64,000 nt of DNA, taken from a virus. Lineage: Duplodnaviria > Caudoviricetes. The translations under genes were made by a program, and so were the position numbers. Shown piece by piece: positions 53,617 through 63,528 of the stretch. Location: the IMG/VR virus record IMGVR_UViG_3300031998_000010. One strand, given 5' to 3'. The notes beneath the pieces are model-generated. The model was not told the DNA's origin, ran no database searches, and saw only the letters and a list, made by a program, of their open reading frames with translations. How positions within the stretch are numbered: the stretch's first letter is position 1; each line of letters begins with the position of its first letter.

Positions 53617-56600
53617 TCATGACCCAGAACTTGAAGTAGATGTTACTCCGAGTCCAAGGGCACTGATTGTATCAATCAACGAAAGACCTCCAACTGTTGC
53701 ATTATTCTGTTGCATTATTGCTTCTAATATGATAATAATCTTACCTAATAATGCATTAGTTTGCAACTGAGGGTCCATCTTCTGTAATTCTTCTGCACTA
53801 AATACATTCATTGCATTTGCTAGAGCAAGTAATGTTTCATTCTGCATATCGCCTTCTGCACGCTTTAAGTCGTCCCAAGCTCGTGCACCAGAAATTTCGC
53901 TAGTATAAGTAGTTCTTTCTGCAATATATCTAGTCCAGTCAGCTAAGCATTTTTGGAACTTGCTATTAGTGCTAACGAATGTCTCTTCAATCTGTGTATT
54001 TATAGAAGTTAAAGCTCCAATGACAGTGAATTCTGAATAATCACCTAATTGTGCTATCATTGTATCTTCTTTAATTTGAATATTAGTTAATGCAAGGTCT
54101 ACTGCATCCATCCTCTGGTCATATCTTGCACCAGAATCAAAGAACGGTTTGAAGTTATCATTAAGGAAAGGTAACCAAATAGCAGTTTCAAATATTCCAT
54201 TAGCACCTGTCTCATAATCCCAGAAACCTCTATTTTGTTCTCTAAAAAGTTTCTCGTCATCCTTACGGTCTTGCTCAATTTGAGCACCATGCATAGCACT
54301 ATTAGCTTCATAATAACCTCTAAGTGCTTCTTCGCCATATCTATCATACAAATCCTCTACGCTAACTCCACGGTCTTCTGCAGTTGCCATGTATGCTTCA
54401 TATGACATTGTTTTTGAAGCTTCATCAAAACCGGCTATAAACTCTTCATTTCTAGCTCGTACAGCCGCTTCGGCAGCTTCAGTAGCACTTGTAGTAATGG
54501 TCTTTACTATTGGACTTAAGGCCTTAGATTCCTCTCTTGCAATAGATAATGCACTTTTGCCTACATTAAAGCCTGAATATAAAGATTGAAATGTTGTATT
54601 GTATCCTACGTCATTTGGCGCACGATAACCTTCCCACATGCCTCCGCCACTACCAAGATTTCTGCTGCCTCCAATTTCATCAATAGCCTCATTCCAATCA
54701 TATCCTGTACTTCCTGCAAGAATAGGATTAAAAATTCCGCTAATTACAGTAGCCCATGTGTTATCTCTAGCTATCTGAGTAGCAACGCCTCCCATCATTT
54801 CAACAAGAGGCTTAACTAGGCCTAAATCAGTTCCTTGGGTAAGTAAATTATAATAAGAATGATTATTATTTCCTACAGCACCTAATTCTAAGACTTTTTT
54901 CAAGTCTTCGTTCATTTCTTGGGCTTCATCATAATTTTCTTGTATCTTTGTTATACCCTTAGCTATGTATCCTATAGGGTTTAAGAAATTTAAGATGTTA
55001 GCAACAGCATGACGTAATCCTTCTAATACACTTAATGAAGAACCTGTTAAGTCTACAGCATATTGAGTATTTGCTAATTCATTTGCAATCTGTTCATCCC
55101 ACATATGTTGCTGAACCATTCGTCCAGCTTCACTATCGATTACATATGCAAGACCTTCTTCAAGAATTGTATTGTTTATTTCTTGTAACTTCATCTGCTC
55201 AGCAGTTGTTGTAGATTCTCCGCTAGAAAGCAACGCCATGTTTTCTTGCAAGGATGCCTGATTGATTTGCATTGAAGCAACAGATTCTGCAAGTTGTGCA
55301 AAATCTACTCTTGCAAGTGCTTTCATGTCTACGCCAAATACTGATGAAAGTCCTTCTGCGACTTCCATGTAGTTATCAGGCGACATACTTTGTAGACTTG
55401 CTAAATTCTTGAATATCTGAACAAATACTTCTTGAGGATGTGTAGTAAACGCTTGTAAGAATTCTGTGTTACTTGCATTAATTCCGGCAAGAGAACGCAA
55501 AGCTACAATAGATTCATTATTACCACCAATGGCTGCTTGAACTACATTGTTTACTAATCCCGAAGCTAAATCAGGGGCAATAGCTCCTACTACTCCCGAT
55601 ACTGCAGTTAATACTGCCGATATATCATGAGCATTATAAATATTCTTAGCAGACTGAGCAATTTCAACTGAACTCTGGAACAACGATTGTGCATCCTTTA
55701 ATCCAGTAGTAAATCCTCCTGTTAAAGTTCTACTAGAATATAACAAGTTACTTGCAAATTGCTCTAATTCATAGTTTGCACGAGCCAACGCAACTTCTTG
55801 GTCATAGCCTTGACTTACTACTTCTGCGGCTATCTGTGCATAAGTTGATGCAAACGATGTGAAATCTTGATTAGGAATAGCAGCATTCAACTTAGTTGCT
55901 TCGTATGCAAATTCTTCTGCTATTCTACCACTGAGACCTGTATCTAATATTGTATTTAACTTTTGTATTACGTCAGTAGCAGGAATTACGGAACCAAGTC
56001 CCTCATCAATAAGTCTCTGAGACATACTTTCGTATAAATCATATACATCTTCTTTAGTATATCCCTGAGTTAAGCTTACTTTAGACAAGCTTTGGTCCCA
56101 AGTCTGTGTCCATTCATTGACTGCTTTTTCAAGAATTTCGAATGGCATCTTAGCCATTCCTTCAAGGTCTTTCTGGATACGTTCTTGTGCATTAGCTAAT
56201 CGTTTCTTGCGTAAATCTTCATCTTTCATGAGGCCTTTGCCCCAGTTTTTGATGAAATCACCTAATGCATCTAACAGGGGTTTAAGCTGAATATATGCAA
56301 GATATGCAACTGCTCCTACACCTACTGCACCGCCTAAACCACTAAATAACTTACTAGCATTTGCACTCTGAGCAGCAGAGGATAAAGCTCCTTGAGATAA
56401 TTGTTGGCCTGCAAGGCCTCCGCCTGCACTACCGGCAGCTCCACCGGCTGCTCCACCAGCTCCACCGGCTGCTCCACCAGCTCCACCCAACATTGAGCCC
56501 AGCTCAGAACTTCCGCTAGCTCCAGCTTTCTTGAATGCTGATATGATAGCAGAACCGGACTCTTTTCCAAATATACCTTCGGCTAATTTTCCGGCACTCT

Positions 56601-57078
56601 TAAGTAATTTATCTTGAAATGCTTTTCCAAGTTTAGAATCAGCTAACTGCTTACCTACATGTTTGCCCCATTCATGAGCTAAATCCTTGAATTCAAATCC
56701 AAATTGATTGGCAAATTCAGAAAGGGCACCATTCATTGCTTTCTTGAAATCGCCACCGGCAACAGAATCTTTTAAGGCATCAGTTAATCCTGTTTCCCAA
56801 TCTTCAATAAAATTATCAGTCCTGCGATAATCTTGTTGCTTCTTTCTTCTAGAATTAGCTTCCAAAGTCATCTCACGCTGCCTATCTCTAAATACAGACT
56901 GAGATGTATTAGCAGGATTGTTATATTGTGTTTGTTGTCTGTTGAGGGCGTCAGCAATTATCTTAGCAGCAGCAACTACATCAGAGTTGTTACCGTTTGT
57001 GTTGATATCATTAAGGAGATTATAATCACCGTTCTGATTGATATTATTAGGATTTTGCTGATTATTGTTTCCTGTCAT
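53617..57078 (-). CDS. tape measure protein
   Basis: 1153 aa, helical, Ala/Gly-rich with hydrophobic segment; follows tail chaperone genes. Confidence 0.75.
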   Translation of the reverse strand: MTGNNNQQNPNNINQNGDYNLLNDINTNGNNSDVVAAAKIIADALNRQQTQYNNPANTSQSVFRDRQREMTLEANSRRKKQQDYRRTDNFIEDWETGLTDALKDSVAGGDFKKAMNGALSEFANQFGFEFKDLAHEWGKHVGKQLADSKLGKAFQDKLLKSAGKLAEGIFGKESGSAIISAFKKAGASGSSELGSMLGGAGGAAGGAGGAAGGAAGSAGGGLAGQQLSQGALSSAAQSANASKLFSGLGGAVGVGAVAYLAYIQLKPLLDALGDFIKNWGKGLMKDEDLRKKRLANAQERIQKDLEGMAKMPFEILEKAVNEWTQTWDQSLSKVSLTQGYTKEDVYDLYESMSQRLIDEGLGSVIPATDVIQKLNTILDTGLSGRIAEEFAYEATKLNAAIPNQDFTSFASTYAQIAAEVVSQGYDQEVALARANYELEQFASNLLYSSRTLTGGFTTGLKDAQSLFQSSVEIAQSAKNIYNAHDISAVLTAVSGVVGAIAPDLASGLVNNVVQAAIGGNNESIVALRSLAGINASNTEFLQAFTTHPQEVFVQIFKNLASLQSMSPDNYMEVAEGLSSVFGVDMKALARVDFAQLAESVASMQINQASLQENMALLSSGESTTTAEQMKLQEINNTILEEGLAYVIDSEAGRMVQQHMWDEQIANELANTQYAVDLTGSSLSVLEGLRHAVANILNFLNPIGYIAKGITKIQENYDEAQEMNEDLKKVLELGAVGNNNHSYYNLLTQGTDLGLVKPLVEMMGGVATQIARDNTWATVISGIFNPILAGSTGYDWNEAIDEIGGSRNLGSGGGMWEGYRAPNDVGYNTTFQSLYSGFNVGKSALSIAREESKALSPIVKTITTSATEAAEAAVRARNEEFIAGFDEASKTMSYEAYMATAEDRGVSVEDLYDRYGEEALRGYYEANSAMHGAQIEQDRKDDEKLFREQNRGFWDYETGANGIFETAIWLPFLNDNFKPFFDSGARYDQRMDAVDLALTNIQIKEDTMIAQLGDYSEFTVIGALTSINTQIEETFVSTNSKFQKCLADWTRYIAERTTYTSEISGARAWDDLKRAEGDMQNETLLALANAMNVFSAEELQKMDPQLQTNALLGKIIIILEAIMQQNNATVGGLSLIDTISALGLGVTSTSSSGS

Positions 57079-57081
57079 TAA

Positions 57082-57309
57082 TTACTTCTTCTGCTTCTCT
57101 AAAGCTTGTTGTCTTTCTTTTAATTCTTTCTCAAAAGACTTTACGTATTTTTCTCTAACAAATATTGGTTGTCCCATGACCCATTCGGCACTTACCGCAC
57201 CTTCTGAGGCTCTAGATATGAATAAGGTTTCATCAACTATTCGTTCGTATCGTTCTTGCCTCATATCATGGAATGTTTTTACTTCTCCATTAATTTTTAT
57301 TGTTTCCAT
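57082..57309 (-). CDS. second tail assembly chaperone (possibly a frameshift extension)
   Basis: between chaperone and TMP; frame open from 57396; weak RBS at METIK. Confidence 0.55.
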   Translation of the reverse strand: METIKINGEVKTFHDMRQERYERIVDETLFISRASEGAVSAEWVMGQPIFVREKYVKSFEKELKERQQALEKQKK

Positions 57310-58108
57310 CACAGGGTCCACTTGACTTTTCGGCAAGTTTATCAGCTTTCCAGGCCCGGAGATTTCCCAAGGTCGGGCGAAAGAATCTATCATCAACTAA
57401 CGCGATAAATGCTGCTTCTCCGCTTCCGCACTTAGGGCAAACCGTTGTACCTCCTGCTCTGAGACCGTAATCTGTCATTTCTGTTACTACTTGTTTTAAT
57501 ATAAACAAATCTGCTGAAGATAAATTATTGATAATCTTGAACTTAAAATCAGCCGGAGTAAGATTTGACTCTCCTTTGAATGATTTAATCATATAACAAA
57601 GTTTAGCCAACTCAGAATCCTTATCTCCATTAGACCTAACAAATAATTTATCATTACCTGCATTAATAGTATCTTGAATTGTAGGAAGTTTCAATACAAT
57701 GTCTCCATCAAAATCGATGAATTCATTCTTTGATACTGTTATACTATTATTAAATCCTTGAGGAAGGGGTTTTACTTCTACTGTGCGGAGATTTACTTGA
57801 TATTCACCTCGTGATACTGCGTCACAAGCTCCGCAAAAGATTGCATTTGTAGTAATATATGGACCATAGTTTAAGATTCTTAATGCTCTACAGACCCAAT
57901 AAAAATCTATTTCTAATAATCTGTGGAAATCACATTTTTCTTCAATTGCTGCAGGGAAGATAACATCGAGCATTGTAGCCATGAAATCTTCACCGCCTAC
58001 ATAGTCTAATTCTGTAGATGTAGGAATACTCTTTAAAGTAAGAATATCAGGAATTTCTCCACCATACAGACCTTTGCCTAAAAGTTCGATTTTTTCTGAA
58101 ATAGCCAT
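57290..58108 (-). CDS. tail assembly chaperone / T4 gp26-like protein
   Basis: LLEIDF...ALRILNYG, CGAC, LKLPT, CPKCG..FFRP. Confidence 0.75.
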   Translation of the reverse strand: MAISEKIELLGKGLYGGEIPDILTLKSIPTSTELDYVGGEDFMATMLDVIFPAAIEEKCDFHRLLEIDFYWVCRALRILNYGPYITTNAIFCGACDAVSRGEYQVNLRTVEVKPLPQGFNNSITVSKNEFIDFDGDIVLKLPTIQDTINAGNDKLFVRSNGDKDSELAKLCYMIKSFKGESNLTPADFKFKIINNLSSADLFILKQVVTEMTDYGLRAGGTTVCPKCGSGEAAFIALVDDRFFRPTLGNLRAWKADKLAEKSSGPCDGNNKN

Positions 58109-58235
58109 TTAGTAATCCTCCAAAAGTGTTGTTTGATTTGGTATTTCTATGTATTTATTTGTTTCCTTATATCTATCACAAAAGTGTTGATAATAGATAC
58201 GCTACTATCATTATTTAAGGTTGTATACACACAAA

Positions 58236-58262
58236 ATAGGAGGCCTTGACGACCTCCTATTC
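58236..58262 (-). terminator. intrinsic terminator
   Basis: AATAGGAGG/CCTCCTATT followed by TT. Confidence 0.7.
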
Positions 58263-58264
58263 TA

Positions 58265-58429
58265 TTAAGCAGAATGTCGAAGCTTGTCATAGCATTTAAG
58301 CTCGCGGTACATTCGCTTAATTGCTTTGTTATAATCCCTACGCAAGTAAGGTGACTCAGTATTTGCAATAGCAGATTTATACCAATTTATCTTTTCTATA
58401 AACTGTTTTCGTTGTATATCCTGTCTCAT
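58265..58429 (-). CDS. small basic hypothetical protein
   Basis: ATGA-coupled start MRQDIQ. Confidence 0.55.
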   Translation of the reverse strand: MRQDIQRKQFIEKINWYKSAIANTESPYLRRDYNKAIKRMYRELKCYDKLRHSA

Positions 58430-59283
58430 GTTATTTTGACACACTTGCTTCGTTCTTGGTTGACAAACATATCCCATACTCTATTAGCGTCGACGTCAAT
58501 TCCATCAAAATGCAAATCAGCTAAAATATCTGTTAGCATATTTCCATGACTTAATCTGCTCTTGATATGACGATATACACCCGAATTAACACTAGAGAAT
58601 ACAACAGAATGTTCATGCTCTTCTGTGAGGTATTCTTCTAAAGGCATATGAAAATAAACTGCACCGTCTTTTGCTTTGTAGAAAATTTCATCTTCAGTGT
58701 TGTCAGACTCTGCATCTCGACAAATACTCACTTCTAATACATCATGTTTGTTTTTAAAGTTAGTTACAAATTCATAGATAGTATTTGCCCAATTGTATCC
58801 AACAGAACTGATTCTAAACCATAATTCGGGAAGACCTGCTCGACTATTATACTGACCACCATAACGCACCCTACAAAATTGCTGGTTGAATGAATGCTTA
58901 ATAGCATTTTGCAAGTAATCGATATCTAAAGAATCAATGTAATCTAGTAGACTTTCAACTGTATAATTTCCTAACTCATTGTGAATCTTCAAGTATGCAC
59001 CGTTAGGGAGAGGTGACATAAACTTATAAGGCAGATGAGATAATACATAGTCAATTAGATAATCCATAGAATATTCAAAGAACCTTGGAATTAATGCGAT
59101 TCTCATAGCTAACCAAGCATCAATAACTTCTTTAGCTAATCTAATATCGTCTGATTCAGTATTGATAATGAATGCAGATACTTCAGCTTCTGAACTTAAA
59201 TCGTCATCTCCCATAGCATACAGGTGTACGACTACCTTGAAATATCTGCCATCTTGCCTAAGATGATATGCAGTACTTTTCAT
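58426..59283 (-). CDS. hypothetical protein
   Basis: 285-aa ORF, AGGAGG RBS, AATCGTTATA upstream. Confidence 0.8.
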   Translation of the reverse strand: MKSTAYHLRQDGRYFKVVVHLYAMGDDDLSSEAEVSAFIINTESDDIRLAKEVIDAWLAMRIALIPRFFEYSMDYLIDYVLSHLPYKFMSPLPNGAYLKIHNELGNYTVESLLDYIDSLDIDYLQNAIKHSFNQQFCRVRYGGQYNSRAGLPELWFRISSVGYNWANTIYEFVTNFKNKHDVLEVSICRDAESDNTEDEIFYKAKDGAVYFHMPLEEYLTEEHEHSVVFSSVNSGVYRHIKSRLSHGNMLTDILADLHFDGIDVDANRVWDMFVNQERSKCVKIT

Positions 59284-59537
59284 ATGTATACCTCCTACTA
59301 AATATAACGATTTTTGTATAAGTAAATGCCTTTTGTGTAAATCATATATTTGAATGAAACTCGTAAAAGATTGAATGTACTACGCACTTGACGGGAACGC
59401 ATGAATATTGAATTGTGACCTTGCTACAGGAGAAAATATTTACGCCATATTCATCAATATGATTTACACTTTAACCGTCGGCCATCATGAAATTCGAAAA
59501 AAAAGGCGGAGGCTTCGGAGGGCATACATAACCAAGG

Positions 59538-59726
59538 TTAAGTTGACTTATCTAATTCGTCATTAATCTTTGTGTATACTTCAATAAAGAGTTTACTTAC
59601 CAATCGAGGGTCTTCATTGTATCTTTTAGAAATTACTACAACTGATTTTGCACAGCAAATACAAAGTTCTCTAATATCTTCAAACATTTTATCATTAAAA
59701 TCTTTATTCATTTTCATATGTACCAC
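59538..59726 (-). CDS. hypothetical protein
   Basis: ORF track; start uncertain. Confidence 0.55.
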   Translation of the reverse strand: MVHMKMNKDFNDKMFEDIRELCICCAKSVVVISKRYNEDPRLVSKLFIEVYTKINDELDKST

Positions 59727-60036
59727 TTCCTGTAGTGTAAAAATGTAAAGATATTTCAGGGTATACAGGCATCTGACGCTGATAACCTTCAGGTAATCCT
59801 AACACAGAATCGATATAAGTCGCTGGACTTGATACACTCATACTATCTGCATAGACAGGGACAGTCCAGATGCCTTTATCAGTTTTAATCCTTAGATATG
59901 TTTTCTCCGGAGATTTTGTAGGGTCAAGAACTAAATTGATATCACAAAAATCATATACTTTTGAACCACAGAATTCACATCTTCCGTGGTCATTTAAGTA
60001 CCCTCCGCAGTTAGGACAATTGTGTAAGTTATTCAT
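59704..60036 (-). CDS. Zn-ribbon protein
   Basis: CPNCGG..CEFCG; start MNNLH. Confidence 0.65.
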   Translation of the reverse strand: MNNLHNCPNCGGYLNDHGRCEFCGSKVYDFCDINLVLDPTKSPEKTYLRIKTDKGIWTVPVYADSMSVSSPATYIDSVLGLPEGYQRQMPVYPEISLHFYTTGSGTYENE

Positions 60037-60283
60037 GACACTTAACCTCAGACTTGTAGTAATCTTTATAATTTCTTGAGCATTTTCCGCAATCAGGATT
60101 TCCAAGGTAAGGACCTACTCGGTGACAACCAATACAGCCCTCAGGTCGAAAGGTCTTTGCAATATGATAAATTGCGTCTTTCAGGTCGATGTCATTGTGC
60201 TCACAAAATTCCCACAATAGGTTATAATGAAAATCATCTCTTTCATAGAGAATGTTAATTGCAGATTTTTGGTCTTTTGTCAT
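60029..60283 (-). CDS. hypothetical Cys-cluster protein
   Basis: AAGGAG RBS; CIGC..CGKC. Confidence 0.65.
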   Translation of the reverse strand: MTKDQKSAINILYERDDFHYNLLWEFCEHNDIDLKDAIYHIAKTFRPEGCIGCHRVGPYLGNPDCGKCSRNYKDYYKSEVKCHE

Positions 60284-60296
60284 TTAAAAATTCTCC

Positions 60297-60497
60297 TTAG
60301 TTAACCCAGTATGTCCTAAAATCGTTATCTCCATCAATACCTACGAGATTGAACATGTTATCATCTATCCATTTGCGATGATATTCTTCACCTCGAACAA
60401 GTTCATCATAATCAAATTTTTTGATGAATAATCCATCTGTCCTTATAACACGAGCAGACTTAATCTTGGGGACTCTACCATAGATTACTCTTTGCAC
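60297..60497 (-). CDS. hypothetical protein
   Basis: GTG start with AAGGT RBS. Confidence 0.55.
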   Translation of the reverse strand: MQRVIYGRVPKIKSARVIRTDGLFIKKFDYDELVRGEEYHRKWIDDNMFNLVGIDGDNDFRTYWVN

Positions 60498-60514
60498 TTC
60501 AGTTTACCTTTCCT

Positions 60515-60697
60515 TTATTTATGTTTTAGCTTTAATTCTGCACCGTCAAAGGAGCAATACATATAATCATCTCTGTATCGTGTACCACATTCAGGGCAAA
60601 ACTTGGTCTGCCTATCATCAGAAACATAAGATAAAACGGCCATAATAAAAAGTCCGACCATTAAACCAAAGAAAAGACCTTCTATAAAATATTTCAT
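60515..60697 (-). CDS. membrane-anchored Zn-ribbon protein
   Basis: N-terminal TM helix, FCPECG..YCSFDG. Confidence 0.65.
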   Translation of the reverse strand: MKYFIEGLFFGLMVGLFIMAVLSYVSDDRQTKFCPECGTRYRDDYMYCSFDGAELKLKHK

Positions 60698-61002
60698 TCT
60701 TTATTCTCCTTATCTTCCCAATATTTATTTATGGTAGGTCTTGAAATTCCTGTGTCTCTATAACAATCCATTTTACTGCCGTGAGGATTATTTATTCGCC
60801 ATTCCGATACTCTTTTTTGGTTTTCAGATACATCAGAAGGAATAAATACAATCTGTATATTCTTTATCTGACCATCTTTTTGTCTTGAAACATGAATATC
60901 TCTTACAGAACATAAATTTATACCAAGATTATTGACGATAAAACACGCTATGGATTTTTTGGTTTCGTCATTTACTACTTTCGTTAATTTTGTTTCATTC
61001 AT
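60694..61002 (-). CDS. protein with C-terminal HTH
   Basis: WRINNPHGSKMDCYRDTGISRPTINKYW. Confidence 0.7.
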   Translation of the reverse strand: MNETKLTKVVNDETKKSIACFIVNNLGINLCSVRDIHVSRQKDGQIKNIQIVFIPSDVSENQKRVSEWRINNPHGSKMDCYRDTGISRPTINKYWEDKENKE

Positions 61003-61244
61003 TCTTTATTCTCCTTATTAAACCCTATTGCTAATTCAGGAAATTCACCTATAAGCCTATTGTGCATATCAATACGAGATTGACATAATTCATAGTCAGT
61101 AAAAACTACTCCACAATGAGGACATTTATCAATAAGAGGTCGGCTAAATAAATTTTCTGAAACCCCAAAAATTCGTTTATCACAATCATTACAAAACCAA
61201 CCTGTCTGACCTTCGGCAATATCTCTTAAACAGATTTTACTCAT
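60999..61244 (-). CDS. Zn-ribbon protein
   Basis: CNDC..CPHCG. Confidence 0.65.
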   Translation of the reverse strand: MSKICLRDIAEGQTGWFCNDCDKRIFGVSENLFSRPLIDKCPHCGVVFTDYELCQSRIDMHNRLIGEFPELAIGFNKENKE

Positions 61245-61400
61245 TCTTGATTCTCCTTATCTTCAATAGGTTTTGCACAATAAATATTAGTAGTAATCTT
61301 GTTAATCAGGTCTTGTGTCATTTGGTCTGTATTGTTTGAATAATGTATATTTCCCTGACTATCAAGATATACTTTATCTGTCCAACGAATTTCGTTCATA

Positions 61401-61667
61401 TCACTCACTCCTCAAATTTTCACCTTCTAGTATATCAGGAACAACCTCACCTGAACAATGGAATGAATTATAAGGATTACTACCTCTAAATTGAGAAGTA
61501 AAGGGACTTGGAAATTCCTGAACTAATCCACTTCCAATAGTCTCTTCGCAATTCTTCTTCATATATTCTATTTCTTCTTCTGTACCAAAAAGCGTAGTTG
61601 ATACTGTTATACTGTAACCGCTAGTAGTTGTTGGGTTATTAACCCGATATGTACTTAATGATTTCAT
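61401..61667 (-). CDS. hypothetical protein
   Basis: AAGGAG RBS. Confidence 0.6.
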   Translation of the reverse strand: MKSLSTYRVNNPTTTSGYSITVSTTLFGTEEEIEYMKKNCEETIGSGLVQEFPSPFTSQFRGSNPYNSFHCSGEVVPDILEGENLRSE

Positions 61668-61769
61668 TCTTTATTCTCCTTTAACGATTATCATAGCAAA
61701 GAGTATTAATATGAATGGAGATGCTGGTAAAAATGACCAAGCGATAATATCAAATATAGTATCCATTCT

Positions 61770-62015
61770 TCACTCTCCTTCGTCCGCAGGGATTACTATG
61801 GGTGCGTTAATAATATAATTTTGAAAATAAACATCTTCTTCAACTGTAATAGTGTCCTTATCAACCAAATCTCCGTGTCCTTTTGGGAGAACCATGAAAC
61901 CATATCCACCAACTTCACAAACTTTACCGTCTATAAAATGAATATATGTGTCAATAATTTCTTGTTTTATAGGTATCATTTCATCAGGTATATCAATTAC
62001 TATCTGCATATTCAA
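61770..62015 (-). CDS. hypothetical phage protein
   Basis: MQIVIDIP..LPKGHGDLVDKD..AP.VIPAD, common small Bacillota-phage ORF type. Confidence 0.65.
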   Translation of the reverse strand: MNMQIVIDIPDEMIPIKQEIIDTYIHFIDGKVCEVGGYGFMVLPKGHGDLVDKDTITVEEDVYFQNYIINAPIVIPADEGE

Positions 62016-62181
62016 TCCCTCACATATACCTATAAGGTAGCAGCAATTCGCCCACCAACATCAACCGCCAAAAACTTGGAAGTATGTATTTTTCGCCTTC
62101 AAATTTGTCATATTCCTCACGAGGTACTTCGTGATACTTATTATCTTTAACGATTACATAGACCATTCTCATACACTTACC

Positions 62182-62397
62182 TCACACTCCATACATATGC
62201 GGTATGCAATTTTCCCAGTACTGTTCGGAAGTCATCTGTTTAACTGTCTCTTCCGTGATTATTCTAGAATACACCCCTGAATATGTTACTTGCCAGTAGA
62301 TTAATACTGGAGTCCCTAAAAGTGCTTTTGTAAATGCTTCAGCTATGTCTTCTTTTGTTGGGACACCATCACACCAATAGACTTCTACTTTTCTCAT
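62182..62397 (-). CDS. hypothetical protein
   Basis: GGAGG RBS, coupled. Confidence 0.65.
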   Translation of the reverse strand: MRKVEVYWCDGVPTKEDIAEAFTKALLGTPVLIYWQVTYSGVYSRIITEETVKQMTSEQYWENCIPHMYGV

Positions 62398-62690
62398 AAT
62401 AACCCTCCAGATTTGTTGTGAGCATATTGTTCTCTTGCGGATTTTAGTTCTGTTAAAAATTCTAATAACTGTTTATCCCATGCCAATTGCTTCTCTTCTT
62501 CCTCTTTTAACTTATGTTTTGATTTGAATTTTTGTTGTTGCAAAAACTTCTCTTCGAGTTTATATTCCTCGCTATTTTCAATTTCCTTAATAGTATTCTG
62601 TCTGCTCAAGACACGAAGCTCCCACTCATAAATCCAATCATCTAATGTATCAAAATTAGATATGCTATTTGGAGTTTTTACTTTTTTCAT
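62394..62690 (-). CDS. hypothetical coiled-coil protein
   Basis: AAGGAG RBS. Confidence 0.65.
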   Translation of the reverse strand: MKKVKTPNSISNFDTLDDWIYEWELRVLSRQNTIKEIENSEEYKLEEKFLQQQKFKSKHKLKEEEEKQLAWDKQLLEFLTELKSAREQYAHNKSGGLL

Positions 62691-62709
62691 TATTTATCTC
62701 CTTAAAATG

Positions 62710-63069
62710 TTATATCTTCTCCCATCTATCATGTTTAAAGCACTCCCTACAAGCACAGTGTAATGTTTCAGCGGCATGATTATTATGATGTTTACACGTA
62801 TCACAAGTTCTCGTATCTTCTGCAGTGAAAGTATCTCTACCATTAGAGATACTAGTGAAATTCTGTATTTGTTGATTACTTGTAGTTGTTACTGTCTGTT
62901 GTTTCTTCCAATCAATATCTGAAAAAGTTCCCGTCCCTGTAATTGTTATATCCGTTCCTGTGGTTGCTATACTTTCCCCACCACAGTAATAACACATCAT
63001 TGTAAGTGGCGAATATACTCGCTTACATATAGGACACTGCCAACCTTGTTGTACTGTAAAATCATTCAT
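62710..63069 (-). CDS. Zn-binding hypothetical protein
   Basis: QQGWQCPICKRVYSP..C..C; CDTC..C..C. Confidence 0.7.
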   Translation of the reverse strand: MNDFTVQQGWQCPICKRVYSPLTMMCYYCGGESIATTGTDITITGTGTFSDIDWKKQQTVTTTSNQQIQNFTSISNGRDTFTAEDTRTCDTCKHHNNHAAETLHCACRECFKHDRWEKI

Positions 63070-63221
63070 ACTTCTGTCTCCTTATCTGCTTCAACCACTG
63101 TCGGGACTTGCTCATTATTCTTTAACAGTAGGGCAACAAACAATAAGGCTTGTTCTGTTGGTGCTTTCTCATATGTTTTGACCAACATTTCACTTAAAGC
63201 GTCTGCGTCAATTAGTCTCAT
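63066..63221 (-). CDS. small phage protein (MRLIDADAL type, 51 aa)
   Basis: hand-translated; GAGGTG RBS. Confidence 0.65.
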   Translation of the reverse strand: MRLIDADALSEMLVKTYEKAPTEQALLFVALLLKNNEQVPTVVEADKETEV

Positions 63222-63342
63222 TTTTCTTCACCTCATAAGCCTTTATCAAATCTGATATTTCGGCAACCTCCCATTCGTCTTTATCGTTATTTTTCCATTT
63301 AATAATTGAATTTTCGTCAGGTATTTCTATTATCATTCTTTA

Positions 63343-63528
63343 TCACCTCGCATACTCTCTTAAAGAAAAATTCATAGTCCCATATTTTTTATATTTAATA
63401 TACTGATAGGCATATTCAACTAAAGCACCTATCAATGTTGAATGTAGATAGTAAAAAGGCTGACCTTGACAACATACAATCACATTGAATTTAGGATTTT
63501 TGCAATTTCTTTGTATCATTCTTATCAC
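63343..63528 (-). CDS. hypothetical protein
   Basis: ORF track; start probably MIQRN. Confidence 0.5.
   Translation of the reverse strand: MIRMIQRNCKNPKFNVIVCCQGQPFYYLHSTLIGALVEYAYQYIKYKKYGTMNFSLREYAR

Noticed and set aside
57362-57368. Lambda-type -1 slippery site GGGAAAT joining the chaperone ORFs
   Set aside because: The -1 frame stops almost immediately; the downstream ORF is in +1
61682-62156. ATCGTTAA and ACCTTATA matches near 61682, 62031 and 62148 as promoters
   Set aside because: They fall inside small coding frames, so they were not counted
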